A stretch of DNA of 63,037 nt, filler included, from Reticulomyxa filosa (GCA_000512085.1; 19 parts of 19 records of this genome joined end to end with filler, not necessarily neighbours in it); one strand, 5' to 3'. Shown: positions 37,583 to 51,200, counted from the whole stretch's first letter. The notes: generated from the sequence alone by a model not told the origin. A program made the numbers and translations.

Positions 37583-39377
37583 AAGTAACTATTTACGTAC
37601 TATTTTTGAAATTTTATTATTGTGAATTGTTAATCTCTTTTCTAAATTTTGACTATGTCTTTTCCACATGTTAAACGCGATTTTATTTTGTTTGTTCTGC
37701 TTGAGTTTTTTTTATCAACTAAATAATATTCAACAAACCAATATGAAAAACCGATGAACAGTGANNNNNNNNNNNNNNNNNNNNNNNNNNNNNNNNNNNN
37801 NNNNNNNNTTAATTAATTAANNNNNNNNNNNNNNNNNNNNNNNNNNNNNNNNNNNNNNNNNNNNTTTTTTTTTTTGTTGATGTTGTTCTAACTTCTTTTT
37901 GCCTGTTTGCTTTCAAAATACTTTATTATTTGGCTAAAAAAAAAACAAAGTTAAGAGTTAATTTCTTTATTGAAAGCTTTTTAGCTTTCTCACTTCGGAT
38001 TTGAGCCGAAGACATCCAAGCATTTGCCTCGCCGCTTTCTAAAAATGGGGTGCCTTGACAAATGACATCAAAGTCGATCTCAGTCAAAGACTTGGCTGGC
38101 AGTTTCCAGTCACATGCTCTGTTTCTGCGGGCAAATAGTACACACAATTTCAATAGCCTCCAGTTTCAACAGGTCAAAATCATATCACCCCAAAGAACAT
38201 TGTAATTCATTTTTTTTAAATAGCCCCCTTTTTTTTTCGTATTATGGACCCTTTTTTTATTTGCCAAACTATTTGAAATTTGCTTTCGATTGGCTGTGGT
38301 GGTAGTGCAGTGGTCTTTGCACTTCGGTTTTCAAAAAAATAATTATTGTTTGTGTAGAACATTGCAACAATAATCTCAATAAGACTTAAAGTGGATATTA
38401 GTGGGAAAAAATTGGAGTTGGATCATCCAACCAAACTAAAGCAATCCAAACACTATACTGACGATCTGCCAATTCGTAATCAAAGAATAGCATTTTTGAT
38501 GTTCACAATTCTGAGTTTTTGATATATCAAGACTTAAAATCAATTTGTGGCTGACGTTGTACAAATGTTCGTCGTTCCTGTTCATCTGTATAGTGTACAC
38601 GCAGTTGGGGAAAGAGCCCATGTTATTCAATCAGGATAGTAGATCTATTCTAACGGTATACGTGATAACCACTTGTAGCGTTCGCTCAATGATTTATTTG
38701 CTCCTTTTTTTTTTGAAGAGAGTTCTTGTAAGCAAATAAATAAACAGTGTAATGAAAACAAAGAAAAGTAGTCAAAACCAAAGTAAACCTTGGATTTGTT
38801 TCCGTTTTACGGAAAAGAAAAAACTTGGCAACAGAAGAAAAAAACTGGAAGGAAATCCGCAAATATTTTTTTGCCCTCCATTTTTTTTCCTTTTCGGCAG
38901 AGATGAGAACGGAAAAAGAGAATATTTTAAGTCCGTGAGAAAAAACATCTTTTTTTTTCTCAAGAAAAGTGAACAATATAAAAAGCAAAGGAAACCAATA
39001 TTTATAAAGTCGACTCAATAATGCTATCAACTAACAAAGTATTAGCATTTCTGCAGTATAGTCCTGTGGATGAAGCCTCAATACACGGTTCATCGCCATT
39101 ACAACTGAAGATTTCTTTCCAATTTTTGTTTCCGTCCCATTCAGGACTTGCGAAGGAGCTTATAACAACTGCCGAATAAAGATGAAAATTGTGAATTTAA
39201 ATGAATTTTTTATATCAATTTTGTCTTGTACGATGGAATGTAAGAATAAAAACTTTACTCAAAAAAAAAAAAATGAACAGCTAAACATTGAAGTAAATCT
39301 CCATTTATTAGTTTGTCAGTAAAAACATCAAACAACCTCGATGGAAAAAAAAAACAAAACAAATTGATACATAAAAA

Positions 39378-39853
39378 TTAGTCAGAAGTAAACATGTGTG
39401 TATCTTCAATTTTGTTCTTTTTTAGTCTCAAACAAGTTTTGTAATAAGTGGCATGTTCGAGCCAATGAACACAATACAGATCAAAATTCATTAAATCTGC
39501 GTGTTTTGAATCATCTTTTTTGGAGTAAAGAGTACAACTGCAAAGAAACAATAAATCTTTTTCATTACAATCAGGAGCAGTTAATTTGGCACATTCACGA
39601 ACATGTTTACGTGTCATTTTGGGATAAATAACGCGACTCATGGATTCATTCTTTTTACAATAATGACAATATAAAGTAAAAATAATATTCCGATGAAATG
39701 TTTTATTTGTATTCTTCCACTTTTCACTAATCCGTTGAACAGTATTTCGTAATGCATGAATTTTCAAATTATGGAGCACAGGTGATTGTTGATCGATTAA
39801 TATTGGTAGTGCTGGTTGGCGCGGACTACCGCCATCGTGTTTCGTATTCGATA

Positions 39854-39886
<33 letters not shown>

Positions 39887-41957
39887 GCCTCCATCCACTT
39901 TGGTCACAAGACAAAGATCTCGGAACAAATACATTTGGCTCTCGCTTAGTCCCGATACTTATGGTCTCGTCGTCTGTGCTGCTTTCATTTTCAGAAGAAG
40001 TTGTTCCTGCTGTGGACATTGTGGTATTCACATTCGGTGTTGTCATGATGATGTTGGCCGTGGTCGAGTAACTACGACTGCGATAAATGGAGAGATTTAC
40101 CTTGTCTTCGCGAAATTGAGAAGGAATGTACAAACCTAACTCCTGGATCTTTTTTTTTTCTGGTTTTATTTTTTGTGTTATTATTATTATTATTATTATT
40201 GTTATTAGTAGTATTATTATTATTATTCCCTGTCCCAGCGTTTGCTTGATGGAGTTTTTTCCAAGCTTTAATGGCGTTGGAATTGTGAAACAAATCAAAC
40301 GCAGAAGAACAGTTTGGCGAGCGAATATGCGGTGACACCCAACCATTATTCGCAGGATGAGATTTGTGACTTACTTTTGTATCGGTATAACCACGACCAT
40401 TATTATCTTTATTATTATTATTATTATTATTGCTGCTATTTCTATTTCCACTGCTATTGCTAGTGGTATGAATAGCATGAGTATTGATATTAGATCGAAC
40501 GAGGGAATGATGATGGTGATGATTGGTTGCCGAGGCTGGCAAGGGTGAATCGATTTTTTTGATTTGCGGCAGTGCTCCAATGGGTGTGGTCTGCGACTTG
40601 CCTTTCTTCGAACAAGGAGTTGGAGTGCCTTCGCGTTGATTACCACCGCCGTCATTGCGCTCTGCCTTTAACTTCCACAATCTATTTGAAAAAGTGTGTG
40701 TGTGTGTGTGAGACGACTGAGGATGTGCGTGACAAACTTTTTGTAAAAGTCAAAACTGCAGTGGTTGTGGCGCCGACGACTGGTGCGCTCGACTGTCCGG
40801 CAAAGGGCTCGTTTTGCCATCGACGGACGGGTCTAACAGTTTCGTCACACTGCCCGACTGGCTGGCATATCTTGCCTTATTCAACCCTTTGCTCAGATCG
40901 ATCTCTTTTTCATCTTCGTCGTATTCATAATCATCCTCCTCTTCCTCTTCCTCTTCCTCTTCCTCTTCCTCCTCGTCATTCTCGTCCTCGTTGTCACTTA
41001 TATGGCCATCCGTTTCCAGTACTTTACGAATTGTCTTTCCCGTCGTCGTCGACGAGCGTACCAATGTTTTCTTCTTTTCATTGATAGTATTAGCATTCGT
41101 ATTATTATTATTATTAGTATTAGCATTTGCATTCATATTGCTAGTAGTAGTAGTAGTAGTAGTAGTAGCAGTAGTAATGGTAGTATTACCATTGATATTG
41201 CTATTATTTTTGGTCGTAGTCGGAGTATTGTTCTCATTAATAATGCGATAACTGTCTCTATTGTGATTGGATGGCATTGTCAGTGATCGAACGCCGTAGA
41301 TATAATCGGTATTTGAATGGCGGTATTGATGATAACCAGTGTTCCGGTTCTGACCAAAGTTCAGATTTACTCTGTCATTGGCATTCGTCACTGTATTTGA
41401 TCTTTTTTTATTCCCACCATTCATACCCGTATTATTATTATTATTATTATTATTAGTATTGTTGTCTTTGTCTTTTAAATTTATGCTTTCATTTGGCTGT
41501 TTCAACGCTGTGGCGGAAACGGTCTTGTTATTGTGTTTTGATAACCCGGCTTCTTTTGCATTTTCATTTTTTTGTGTCTTCCCTTTTTCACTGACTTTTC
41601 CTTTGTTTTATCCTTTTCTTTTGACTTTTCTTTGTCTCTTTCTTTTTCTTTTGTCTTTTCTTTTGGCTTTTCTCTTTGCAATGGTTTTTGTTGAGACTGC
41701 TTGGACTGACCAGCTTTGTTGGGATATGTTTGGTTGAGCTGTGCTTTCATTTGGGAATAAGACGGAAGTGTGTTGGCCTTTTGCAAGGACGGCAACAGCG
41801 AATAAGAGTTGAATTTTATGATTGTGGTCGTGGTAGGAGCATGTGCGTTCTTTTCACTTTCGTTATCCATGTCCGTGTCTGTGTCAGTGTCATTATTGTC
41901 AATGTCTATATCCACGTCCACATCCATATCACTATTATCCGATCTTTCATTATCATT
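39378..41957 (-). CDS. Low-complexity (poly-N/T/E/Q) hypothetical protein, multi-exon, truncated
   Basis: Consecutive ORFs 41502-41927, 40750-41505, 40072-40680 and 39378-40346 can be joined by one intron and single-base shifts at or near A-runs. The C-terminal part is Cys/His-rich (CHYC, CSC). Confidence 0.6.
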
Positions 41958-42147
41958 NNNNNNNNNNNNNNNNNNNNNNNNNNNNNNNNNNNNNNNNNNN
42001 NTTAATTAATTAANNNNNNNNNNNNNNNNNNNNNNNNNNNNNNNNNNNNNNNNNNNNTACTCTATATTGCTTCTCCTTCTCCTTGTGTGCATATATACAC
42101 ACTACATATATGTGTATATATTGACACTTACATAAAAAAAAAAAAAG

Positions 42148-43589
42148 AAAGAGTACTTGGATAAGGGGGACAAATGGCATGGTACCTTTGAATCTTGGAT
42201 TGGATACAGGAATTCGTGTGTGCTGACACATTTCGAGCCACAGTCGCAATATAAAGCGCGAATAGAAAACTATTTGAATGGACAAAAGACAGCGCACGAT
42301 GGATCGATGCCACACATTCAGCTCACGTTTCAAGAATATGTGCCATACGATATCAAGCCTGATGCTGTTCAAAAATGTATTGCACACGCCATTGGCATTC
42401 ACCCCAATCGCATTTCTCTGTTAGGAGATGTTGACAAAAAGAGAAAAGTGAAGGATAGGATAAACAAATTGCAATGTATCCCAAATCAATAAAAAAAATC
42501 ATTGTTTGTTTTATGACTTGATAAAAAAAAGAGATGACCAAAAAGAAGGCATGCAAGGCCAATGCCACTGGAAGCAAAAAGGCGACTCAATGGAAATTAA
42601 ATATAGCGTAACGCCTTGGGAGGATATGAGTAATACAATGCGCACACATGTGTACTTTATGTTCAGTGGTGTCCCTATCCAAGCGCCGAAGCTCTCGCTT
42701 GATCATGTGGCAATGAAGGTCCAAATAAAGAGCAATAACGATAATGACAAAGGTGATGCCACTAAAAAGTTTCCGATTCTGTGTAAAGAAACGTTAATTG
42801 ACAATACCATGTATAATTCCGAAAGTTGCGATATTTATAAGCAATGCTATCATTTATTGCGACCGACAGAAGGAGATGGCAATGCTGATCATGACTGTAC
42901 CATCATTAATGAACATAGCAATGACAACAACAATAATATTGCTGCAAATACTGATGGCAGTAAAACCAAGTGCAACACAAAACTGTCATTATTAGACACT
43001 TTTTATAAAGTATTGCATGAACATCATGGCAGTTATTTATGTCGCTGGAGCAAGTACTACTTCGTTTTCCAAATTGCTTTGGATATGTTCTTCCCAATGG
43101 CTTTCTTCTTTTCAATTGTTTCACTCGCGAACAAAATAACCAACCGCTCTTATCTGCATGTCGTAACGGCAATCTATTTTATACCTTTTTTTCTTTCCCA
43201 CATGAATACTTGGTAATTACTTCATTTGTCTTTTGTTTGATATTTGAGGGAGGGAAGTGGAAAGGGAAATAAACAATTGATAGTTAATATCAATTATTCA
43301 TGTAACAATAATAATAATAATAAAGAAAGAAATCAACAAGTATAGTCAATCTTTATCAAAAGGTTCATTCGTATTACATGAACGTGTATCCAACCTGTTG
43401 GGGCAAGTGTCCAAAGATTACTTGACCACTTGGCTGGTTTTTGTCAAACGTTTTTGCTTACCTAACTCAAATGATCCTATGTGTCGCATTCCTATTGGTC
43501 GAAACGAACAATGGAAGAGAGACATTTTCCCACGTCTTCGCAGATGGTTCGGGCTTTCCACTGACAAAATCCTCAAAGTACAAATTTGA
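42148..43589 (+). CDS. Hypothetical protein with a hydrophobic (TM-like) segment, multi-exon
   Basis: ORFs 42157-42492, 42506-43216 and 43398-43589 are separated by GT-AG introns. No recognisable family. Confidence 0.55.
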
Positions 43590-44169
43590 GGTTTTCAATT
43601 ACGATACGAACAGACGTGCTTTCATTAAAGATAATGATGTCATATACTCCGTCTTGGCAATTAATAAGCAAACCGATCGCAGTTGTTGTTTTCATGCCAT
43701 TTTGTGCACGCCACTTGTTGAAAAGAGAAGTACTCCATATGATGGATTTTCCAACGCTGGTCCTCAACTGAAAATTCCAAGAAATTGAGTTGTTATTTTT
43801 TCTTTTTTTTTTTTTTTTTTTTTTGCAAATGCTGAGAGTTGGCGAATGTTGTTTCCTCAAAACAAAATGCATATCTGACCTTCATCTATGCATAGTGAGA
43901 TTTTCTCACATAATGTTGAAGTTTATCCACACCAAATCTCAAAATCTACTTTATTCGATTCATATGACAAATTCTGCACTCACCCAGAAACCCACTTAAA
44001 CCAAATCTTGACGGAATAATTTTTTTTGGTGACTTAAAAAATATTTTCATGCAAATGAACGACTTCTCAAAGATTTTTTCCCCAGTAAAACAGCTGTTAG
44101 GTCCCTTGAAAAACTTATACGTTTCCGGTCAAAGGAAGTACACTCAAGAAGAGAAAAAAATTTAAAGAG

Positions 44170-45311
44170 ATGACCGACCAAATTAAAGACGCTGTCAAGG
44201 ATATGGCCAAAGAAAAGGTGAAAGATATGGCCGTAGAAAAGGGCAAAGAAGTGAAAGAAGCGGCCACAAGTGCAAGCAAAGAAATTAAAGAAGCAATAAA
44301 AGCATCGTTGCTTTCACTCGATCCCAGAAAAAAAACAATCGTCGTGGTTAAGTTTTTTTTTAGCGTCTGAGAGCGTCTCATTAAGGTCATTGAGCCCAAG
44401 ATTTTCAAGAATTTTTTGGGATTTCCAAAACATTAAAAAAAAAACGAACAGTTTGATGGAAACGGGTATGTGGGAAGTAGAGTTTGTGAAAGTGCAATTG
44501 AAGAAAACTACAATGTAATATCAGTATCTCAACAAGGACAGCCTCCGTCATGGGTTAATCCAGAAAAAAGCAAGTACGCATGGGCAAAACAGGTCCACTG
44601 GTGCTATGGTGATGCATTGAATCCAAAAACATTTTCTCGATATTTTGATGACAACCAAGTGCATGGCGTGGTATGAACTAAGTGATGAATTTTCTTTTTT
44701 TTTGTGATTTATTTGATTGTTTTTTTTTTTTTTTTTTTGTTATGTTCCTCAAAAAGCAATAATGATAAACAAATCAAAAAGGTGAGCTGTGTTAGTGGAT
44801 TTAAACTGAGTCAATCTGAAACAGAAAAAATCTGTGGAGATGCCACAATAAACATTTGTGAGGAAGCAAAACGACAAGGAGTCGATCGCTTTGTTTTTAT
44901 GAGCTCACACCGTCCCAAGTATTGGATTACTCAGCAAATTTTTGAAAAGTGGTTAATGAGAGGATATTACAAAGGAAAACTACGAGCTGAAGAAGCTGTT
45001 AAACGTGAATTTGGTGACAATGGCATTTCTCTGAGACCAGGATTTATCACAGGTTTTTCATTATCAAAATAAAATAAAAAACAATAAGATCTTACACTTT
45101 GAGGGGGGGGGGGAAAAAAGGTACGCACTGGCTATTTGGTGGAAAAATGCCATTACCTTTTCAATGGTATAACTTTACTTTATGGTGGTTATATCCAAGT
45201 TCTCCAGTACATGCGCTTGGGAAAGCTGCTGTTCGGTTCTTGACAATCAATGATCCTTACCATGAACAATTTGTGGAAAATAAAGAAATTCGTCACTTTT
45301 GTTTATTGTGA
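44170..45311 (+). CDS. Atypical SDR / NAD(P)-binding Rossmann protein, COQ11(YLR290C)-like, 4 exons
   Basis: TIVV|FDGNGYVGSRVC, VISVS..G.PP, WAKQVHW..GDAL.P, GVDRFVFMS, GYYKGKLRAE, LRPGFI.G. Introns 44347-44451, 44671-44781 and 45053-45120. Confidence 0.85.
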
Positions 45312-45974
45312 CGTGTTTTTTGTGTGCGTCTGCTCATCTTTAAAAGAAATTTTGTAGCAGTAAAGTTTCAACTGTTCTATCTTTATGTTCATTATCGGAT
45401 GATACAATAATAATTTAGAGGATTAAATGCGAGCTTTTAGTAGTACTATTGTAGAAAGCAAGGACATGTGCCTTAACTGGTTGCACGAAGGTTATTGTTT
45501 TTTGAATTGTTTGCTTATTAAGAAAGGACGGAAAAATGTTTTTGGTATCATTGTGTGTCCATTGTGCAAGACTTTTTCACTGTCCACAAAAAAGTTTGTT
45601 CGTTTGTTGACGATTGAAAATTTTTAACATAGTTTTTGATTTTAGGAGAAAAAGCACATTTTTATTTTCGCAAATGTTTTTTGAAACGCAAGCTTTGTAA
45701 TTTGGATCTTCACATTCACCAACTGAAACGAGTGTCTTACAAAAAGCAATATTTTCAATAAAACTCATAAAATTTCGATACAAAACCGAAAAGGACAAAA
45801 AAGGTGTATCATTTGAGTCAAATTAGCAAGAACTAAGCAATATCTTTCTAATGACTTTTTTAATACCAATAAAGAAGTAGCGTTGGGCTTATGAACTCGA
45901 AAACGTTTTCAGGGACTATGCTTAAAATTTAAATTTACACATCACCAAATGCAAGCACATTTGCAAAGACAAAC

Positions 45975-46200
45975 AAAATCAGCATTTTTTATCGTTGAAA
46001 AAGGCGGGCTTCGAAGAGATGTTGATGATCAAAGTGTAAAATACTATGCTAGTGCCAACGTCGGCACAAACGTCAACGCTTTGAGTTGGTAATAATCGTG
46101 TTCCCGTTTGTTCGCAAAGACAACTTTGGAGAAAGCGCATTGTTATGTGGAGAAAAGCACAATTGTATCATTGATGCTTTGGATAGATGTTGGATGACGG
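45975..46200 (+). pseudogene. Decayed cyclic-nucleotide-binding domain fragment
   Basis: HFFIVEKG...DNFGESALLCG resembles the cNMP-binding FYI(V)xxG...FGExALL motif. The sequence has stops and frameshifts. Confidence 0.4.
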
Positions 46201-46959
46201 TGTTTTTATGCATATCAAAAAAATGAAAATGGAGAAATTGATGATGTTGTAGTATATTTCTTATTTACTTTACTATAATATTATATATTTATATATAATA
46301 TAATCAAATGTGATAAATTTGTTTCGAATATAGAAACGTGTATGTAACAATTGCATATTATTTGAAACACTTATGTTGATTTAATACTGGATAAGCAACA
46401 AAATAACAACGTAGTTATATAATCAAATAATAATTTGTAGCGAAGCAAAGTACTTAAATATAACTATAAAAGTGCAAAAAAGTAATAATAATATTATAAT
46501 GATTGATATCATACAATATATTTTGTCAAAAAAGAAATACGACAAATTGAAATAATATGCATTACTTATTAAAGTGTTTATACAAAATATATGCAAAAGA
46601 TATAAAATGGCACATTATAAAGATAATTGATTTTTTTCATGAAAAATATTTACAAATATTGTAGTTTTAAAATATTGTAGTGCAAGGCCATATAAATATC
46701 TGAACGTTGAAGGAGCATGTGAGTCCCCAGTGGGCTAAAACTTCCTCAACCAACTACTTCTTACNNNNNNNNNNNNNNNNNNNNNNNNNNNNNNNNNNNN
46801 NNNNNNNNTTAATTAATTAANNNNNNNNNNNNNNNNNNNNNNNNNNNNNNNNNNNNNNNNNNNNAAAAAAAAAGGGGGGAGGGAAGAGGGTAACCTCAAA
46901 TTTGCAAAAAAAAAAAAAAAAAAAAAAAAAGGGGATATATATGTATAAAGTAGAAAAGT

Positions 46960-47933
46960 GAAACTTGCATATGCAAATTGAGGACCAAAAGTTGGTACTC
47001 TTGGAAATACGCCCATAAAAATCCTTTGGCAGCGAAGCTGTCATCACAGCGATGCGACGTGAATATCTCAAACCCATGCGCTTGTGGCTTCTTGTTGAAA
47101 CACATAAGCAAGCCATTATCAAAGCCACAGTTCCAAGGCACATTGCAGTATTGAACAGAATAGGGCAAATACTTACGCATTTTGTGTGCAAACAGTGTCT
47201 TTGGGTTATACGTCAGTGGAAAGCATTTCAATATCGGCAGCAGTCCCAGGAATAATGCAATGAACTGGAAAAAACAACTTATTATACGACCTTTTTTTTT
47301 CCCCCCCCCCCCGCAAACACACGATATTGATGTAAATCAAAATTATTAATGTGCGAAAGTTTTACATTGTGCAATTTCTTTTTTTTATTTTTATTTTTAA
47401 TAACCACCCCCTTTTTTTTTTCCCTCCCACTGGACCCTCCCCTTTTTTCTCCAAATACCGATGATTGGACACCATTCCAACCAAGACACGCACCACAAAA
47501 GAATAGGCGGGAAAATGCCCGTTTTGAAACCCCACAGCTCTTGCAGGTTGAAAATAATCAAATCGTCAAATTGCTCCCAGTTTTGTGATTTTGCAATTTG
47601 CTGAGCGTACATGGCACAACGGTAAGGGTTGGATAAAGCTCGCGGGCTGCTGAATGGCATGCACCATAGGTTCCATGTGCATACCTTAAACTTTTTTTGC
47701 TCTGCTTTATTGTTGTCGGTGCTGCTGTTCCTTGAGTGCTGCAGTTCGTTTGCTGACTGATGCACCGGAATTGGCGGTGGGGGCTCTTTAGGCGGTTCCG
47801 GAGACCGACCTCTTCGCCCAGTTTCTTGATTTGGCTCATTTTCCGTTTCTGAAAATGTTGTTATTATTATGTCATCTGAAGAATCCAAAATTTTTTCTTT
47901 ATGCAAAAGAGTAATGTCGTTACGATGCTGCAT
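46960..47933 (-). CDS. Endonuclease/exonuclease/phosphatase (neutral sphingomyelinase-like) protein, 5' part
   Basis: FKVCTWNLWCMP and LIIFNLQELW are the EEP N-terminal Asn and metal-binding QE motifs. The downstream exon contains NCGFDNGLL. Confidence 0.7.
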
Positions 47934-48960
47934 CAAAAATTAGACAATAGTTTTTGCAATACAGAAAGGGTATTTGCAAATTAATTTTTAAGACAATTAA
48001 AAACAAACTACGGTGTAGGTGCCACAATCAAATTTTTTGCTATGCTTATCGAACAGAAATGTTGTAGCCTGGAACAAGTGCTATCTTTTTGCTAAACATT
48101 CAATTAAACATCTGCCATCAAATACAACAAAATGGGAAAAAAACAAACATTTTTGTGAAAGCTAACAATCATCAAGCAATCAGGTTATTCTTCAATTTAA
48201 AAAACTTATAAACAGCTATGTGTTGTGATTTCTAATAGATACCACTTTACTGGAAAGTGGGAATAGTCATTCAAAAAGATAATAAGATGTTTTATTAAAA
48301 AGACCATTTTTTAACTTATTTAATTCAATAACTATCATCTAAAAAGATAACTTTTTACATAATTTATAAATTTGAATCTCATTAATATAACTCCCACGTT
48401 TGGATTTTCTTCTTAAACTCAAAAATGCAACGTGCAAGAGTAACAATGCAAAGCCAACTCAATATTTTTAATTTTACTTTTTGCAAAGACTTTGTCATTA
48501 ACAGATTCCAATTGTAATCTCACCAGAACATGACAAAATTGTATTCCATCTGGTGAAACATAAATATTTTTCGTTAGTAGAGCTTTTTTTTGAACTTAGG
48601 ATTTTGTTTGGTTTGTAATGATTGTTTAAAGAAAGAGTACTACAGTAAGATAAAAAGAAAGTTGACACCTAAAATGCCACCTTATAGAGATGATTGTGTT
48701 TCTCCATGAAAAAACAACATTTAATCAAAATTTTTTTTAAAAAATATCTACGAATCGTGTAGTTTTTAAATATCATTTTGGTTTTTAAATAAGTCTTTAC
48801 AATTTTTTCAAAAATTTTATTCTTTCATTTNNNNNNNNNNNNNNNNNNNNNNNNNNNNNNNNNNNNNNNNNNNNTTAATTAATTAANNNNNNNNNNNNNN
48901 NNNNNNNNNNNNNNNNNNNNNNNNNNNNNNCAAAAAAAAAAAAAAAAAAAAAAAAAAAAG

Positions 48961-49474
48961 ACTGAAAAGTGATCCCAACACGCCGCAAAACGGTGAACCA
49001 ATAGCCAATCGAGGCAGCTTTAGCAATTTGCCTCTCAGCTTCCGTCGGAACTCGAGCTTTCGAAACTCGCAGCGCGTTGAAAGCATAAAGTCGACGCAAA
49101 GCCATCATGCCTTGCAGCAGCTGCAGCAAGACAACAACTCCCAAGGCACGGAATTGAAAGTGCATGAAATGGTGCCATTGGAGGACGAGACATTCGCCAA
49201 AATCTCCAAGTTCGATGATGACGTTCGATGCTTGGACTTTAGTCCGTACGGCGACTTCTTGGCCACGGGCTGCGTGGATCACAATATCAAGTTGCTGCCG
49301 CTGCCGTCCATGTTCAATTTGAGTGAAGTCAATATTACACAACAAGGACAAAACTTTGCTTCCACACCTATTCCTCCAGAGTTTGAAAATGATATCCAGC
49401 AAACCATCCAGGCACAACCTCAATCTCAACCTCAAGTTCAAGATCAAGTTCAAGCTCAGGTTCTCAACTCCTAA
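48961..49474 (+). CDS. WD40-repeat protein fragment (weakly CstF-50-like)
   Basis: DDVRCLDFSPYGDFLATGCVDHNIKLL is a clear WD40 blade. Only one repeat is visible. Confidence 0.5.
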
Positions 49475-50679
49475 CCAAACCATCAGGATGAATTTCAGAT
49501 TCAAGATGAATCTCGGCCTTACTGATTTCAACAAAAGGTGAACTCCATTATCTGAAATTTTCACAATAATTTTGTAAACACTCTCCTTTCCAGGGCCAAA
49601 TTCGATTGTTTCTTTGCTTCATTTTGCTTTGCTTTTTTTCCCCTCCATTCTTTCTCTTTCCTCATTTGGTGTGCTTGAAATTATCCATCACGTTTCTATG
49701 ATCTTTGATCTTTGACATTGGAAATACCTTTGTCAGCGGTCACCGAAAACTGAACGTGGGTTGTAAAATGCTTGCTCTTGTTTGAGTTCGCTTTGTTTTG
49801 CTTCCTCGCTTTTTTTTTTTTTTTTGGATTAGTTTGTCATCATTTTTCCAAGAGAAACGCCACATCACAACTATATTTTCTATTCCTTTTGGCTTCCAGA
49901 AACTCAAATACGCTAAGACAAAAATCATGAAACTTATCAAATGTCATCTTATCGATTTTTTTCGTGAAAAAATAAACACTTGGTTTTTTTAAAATATAAC
50001 TTTTTTCATTTGATAAAAGGTCATTTTCTCATTTTATTTTTGTTGGGGATTGGTAAGGAAAATCAAGCAAAAAAATTTCAACCATTCGTCGGCCATTGAA
50101 AAAGTTATTTTATAATGTTTGCAATCATCTCGGGTTAGAAATATTAACACAATTTTTCCAAAACAGGCGGTATCAATTACGCCTTTGTTCGGGCAAGCTT
50201 ATATAATCTTTTTTTTTATCATCAATGCTTGTAATCACAAACAATAAAAAAAAAGAAAAAATATTTTATTGGATTGTCTGTGTTTTGCACTTATTAGATC
50301 ATGAAATGCAAACAATCCGATGTATTTGTTCGCAACTTCAATTTTTCACTGAAAGACGAAACAAAAAACAGATAGAACAAGACAACCCCCAACCCTTTTT
50401 AACAGTTTGCATTTATCATNNNNNNNNNNNNNNNNNNNNNNNNNNNNNNNNNNNNNNNNNNNNTTAATTAATTAANNNNNNNNNNNNNNNNNNNNNNNNN
50501 NNNNNNNNNNNNNNNNNNNAGAAATTAAAGTGTTTATATTTGATTAGACTTTTCATTTACAAAGTTTAAGTTGTGTTATTTTTTTATGAAATTATCAATC
50601 AATATTCTCTCAAACTATTTTAAAAAATTTGAAAATTTTATAATAAAAGATTTAATTTTTTTGGACTTTATTGCATTTA

Positions 50680-51200
50680 AATATATTTGATAATAATTTG
50701 ATCAAATCATCGATTCAACCTAATTTTATCTTTGAAATAAAATTTGTTATTCATCATTGGATTCGAATTTCATTTTTTAACAGTTCATTATTTGTTAATC
50801 ATGTCATACAATCAAACATATTTTTGTTTCATGTTACATATCAATTAAATCTTTTAATTTCCCTTTGAAATCACATGTAATCACTCCAGATGCTTTTTCA
50901 TCAGTTTCATTTGATGTCCTCGTTCTTGTTCAAATTATCTTATGCAAATTCATCTCTCCCAACAGAGCATTTAAAAACAAATGATTTAAATATTTTTTCT
51001 TTTTCTGTTATTTTCAACAAAATTGTGAAAATGAAAATTGCACACTTTTTATTGCTTGGATAGCCATTAAAAACTCTTTTTTTTTTGGCTGTTTCTACTA
51101 ATAACGAGGATTCTTTTCTTAGAAGAGGAAGGAAGATGTTAATTGAATCTTCAGACAAAAAGGAGTTGAGGAGTTTTAAGTCCAGAAACAGTTTGTTGTG
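50680..51200 (-). pseudogene. Decayed copy of the kelch-repeat family seen at 58426-59298
   Basis: KIKLG-stop-IDD..QIIIKY matches KIKLGWIDDFNRIIFKY at about 58808-58860. Confidence 0.6.

Noticed and set aside
37926-39180. Exon-like segments with in-frame TGA/TAG suggesting stop-codon reassignment or selenocysteine
   Set aside because: No frame has recognisable homology. Conserved genes in the window use TGG for Trp and end in TGA or TAA normally, so decay or non-coding sequence is more likely.
39795-41500. Plus-strand ORFs with long poly-Leu/Val/Ile runs as membrane proteins
   Set aside because: They are antisense shadows of AAT/ACT/CAA microsatellites coding poly-N/T/Q on the minus strand.
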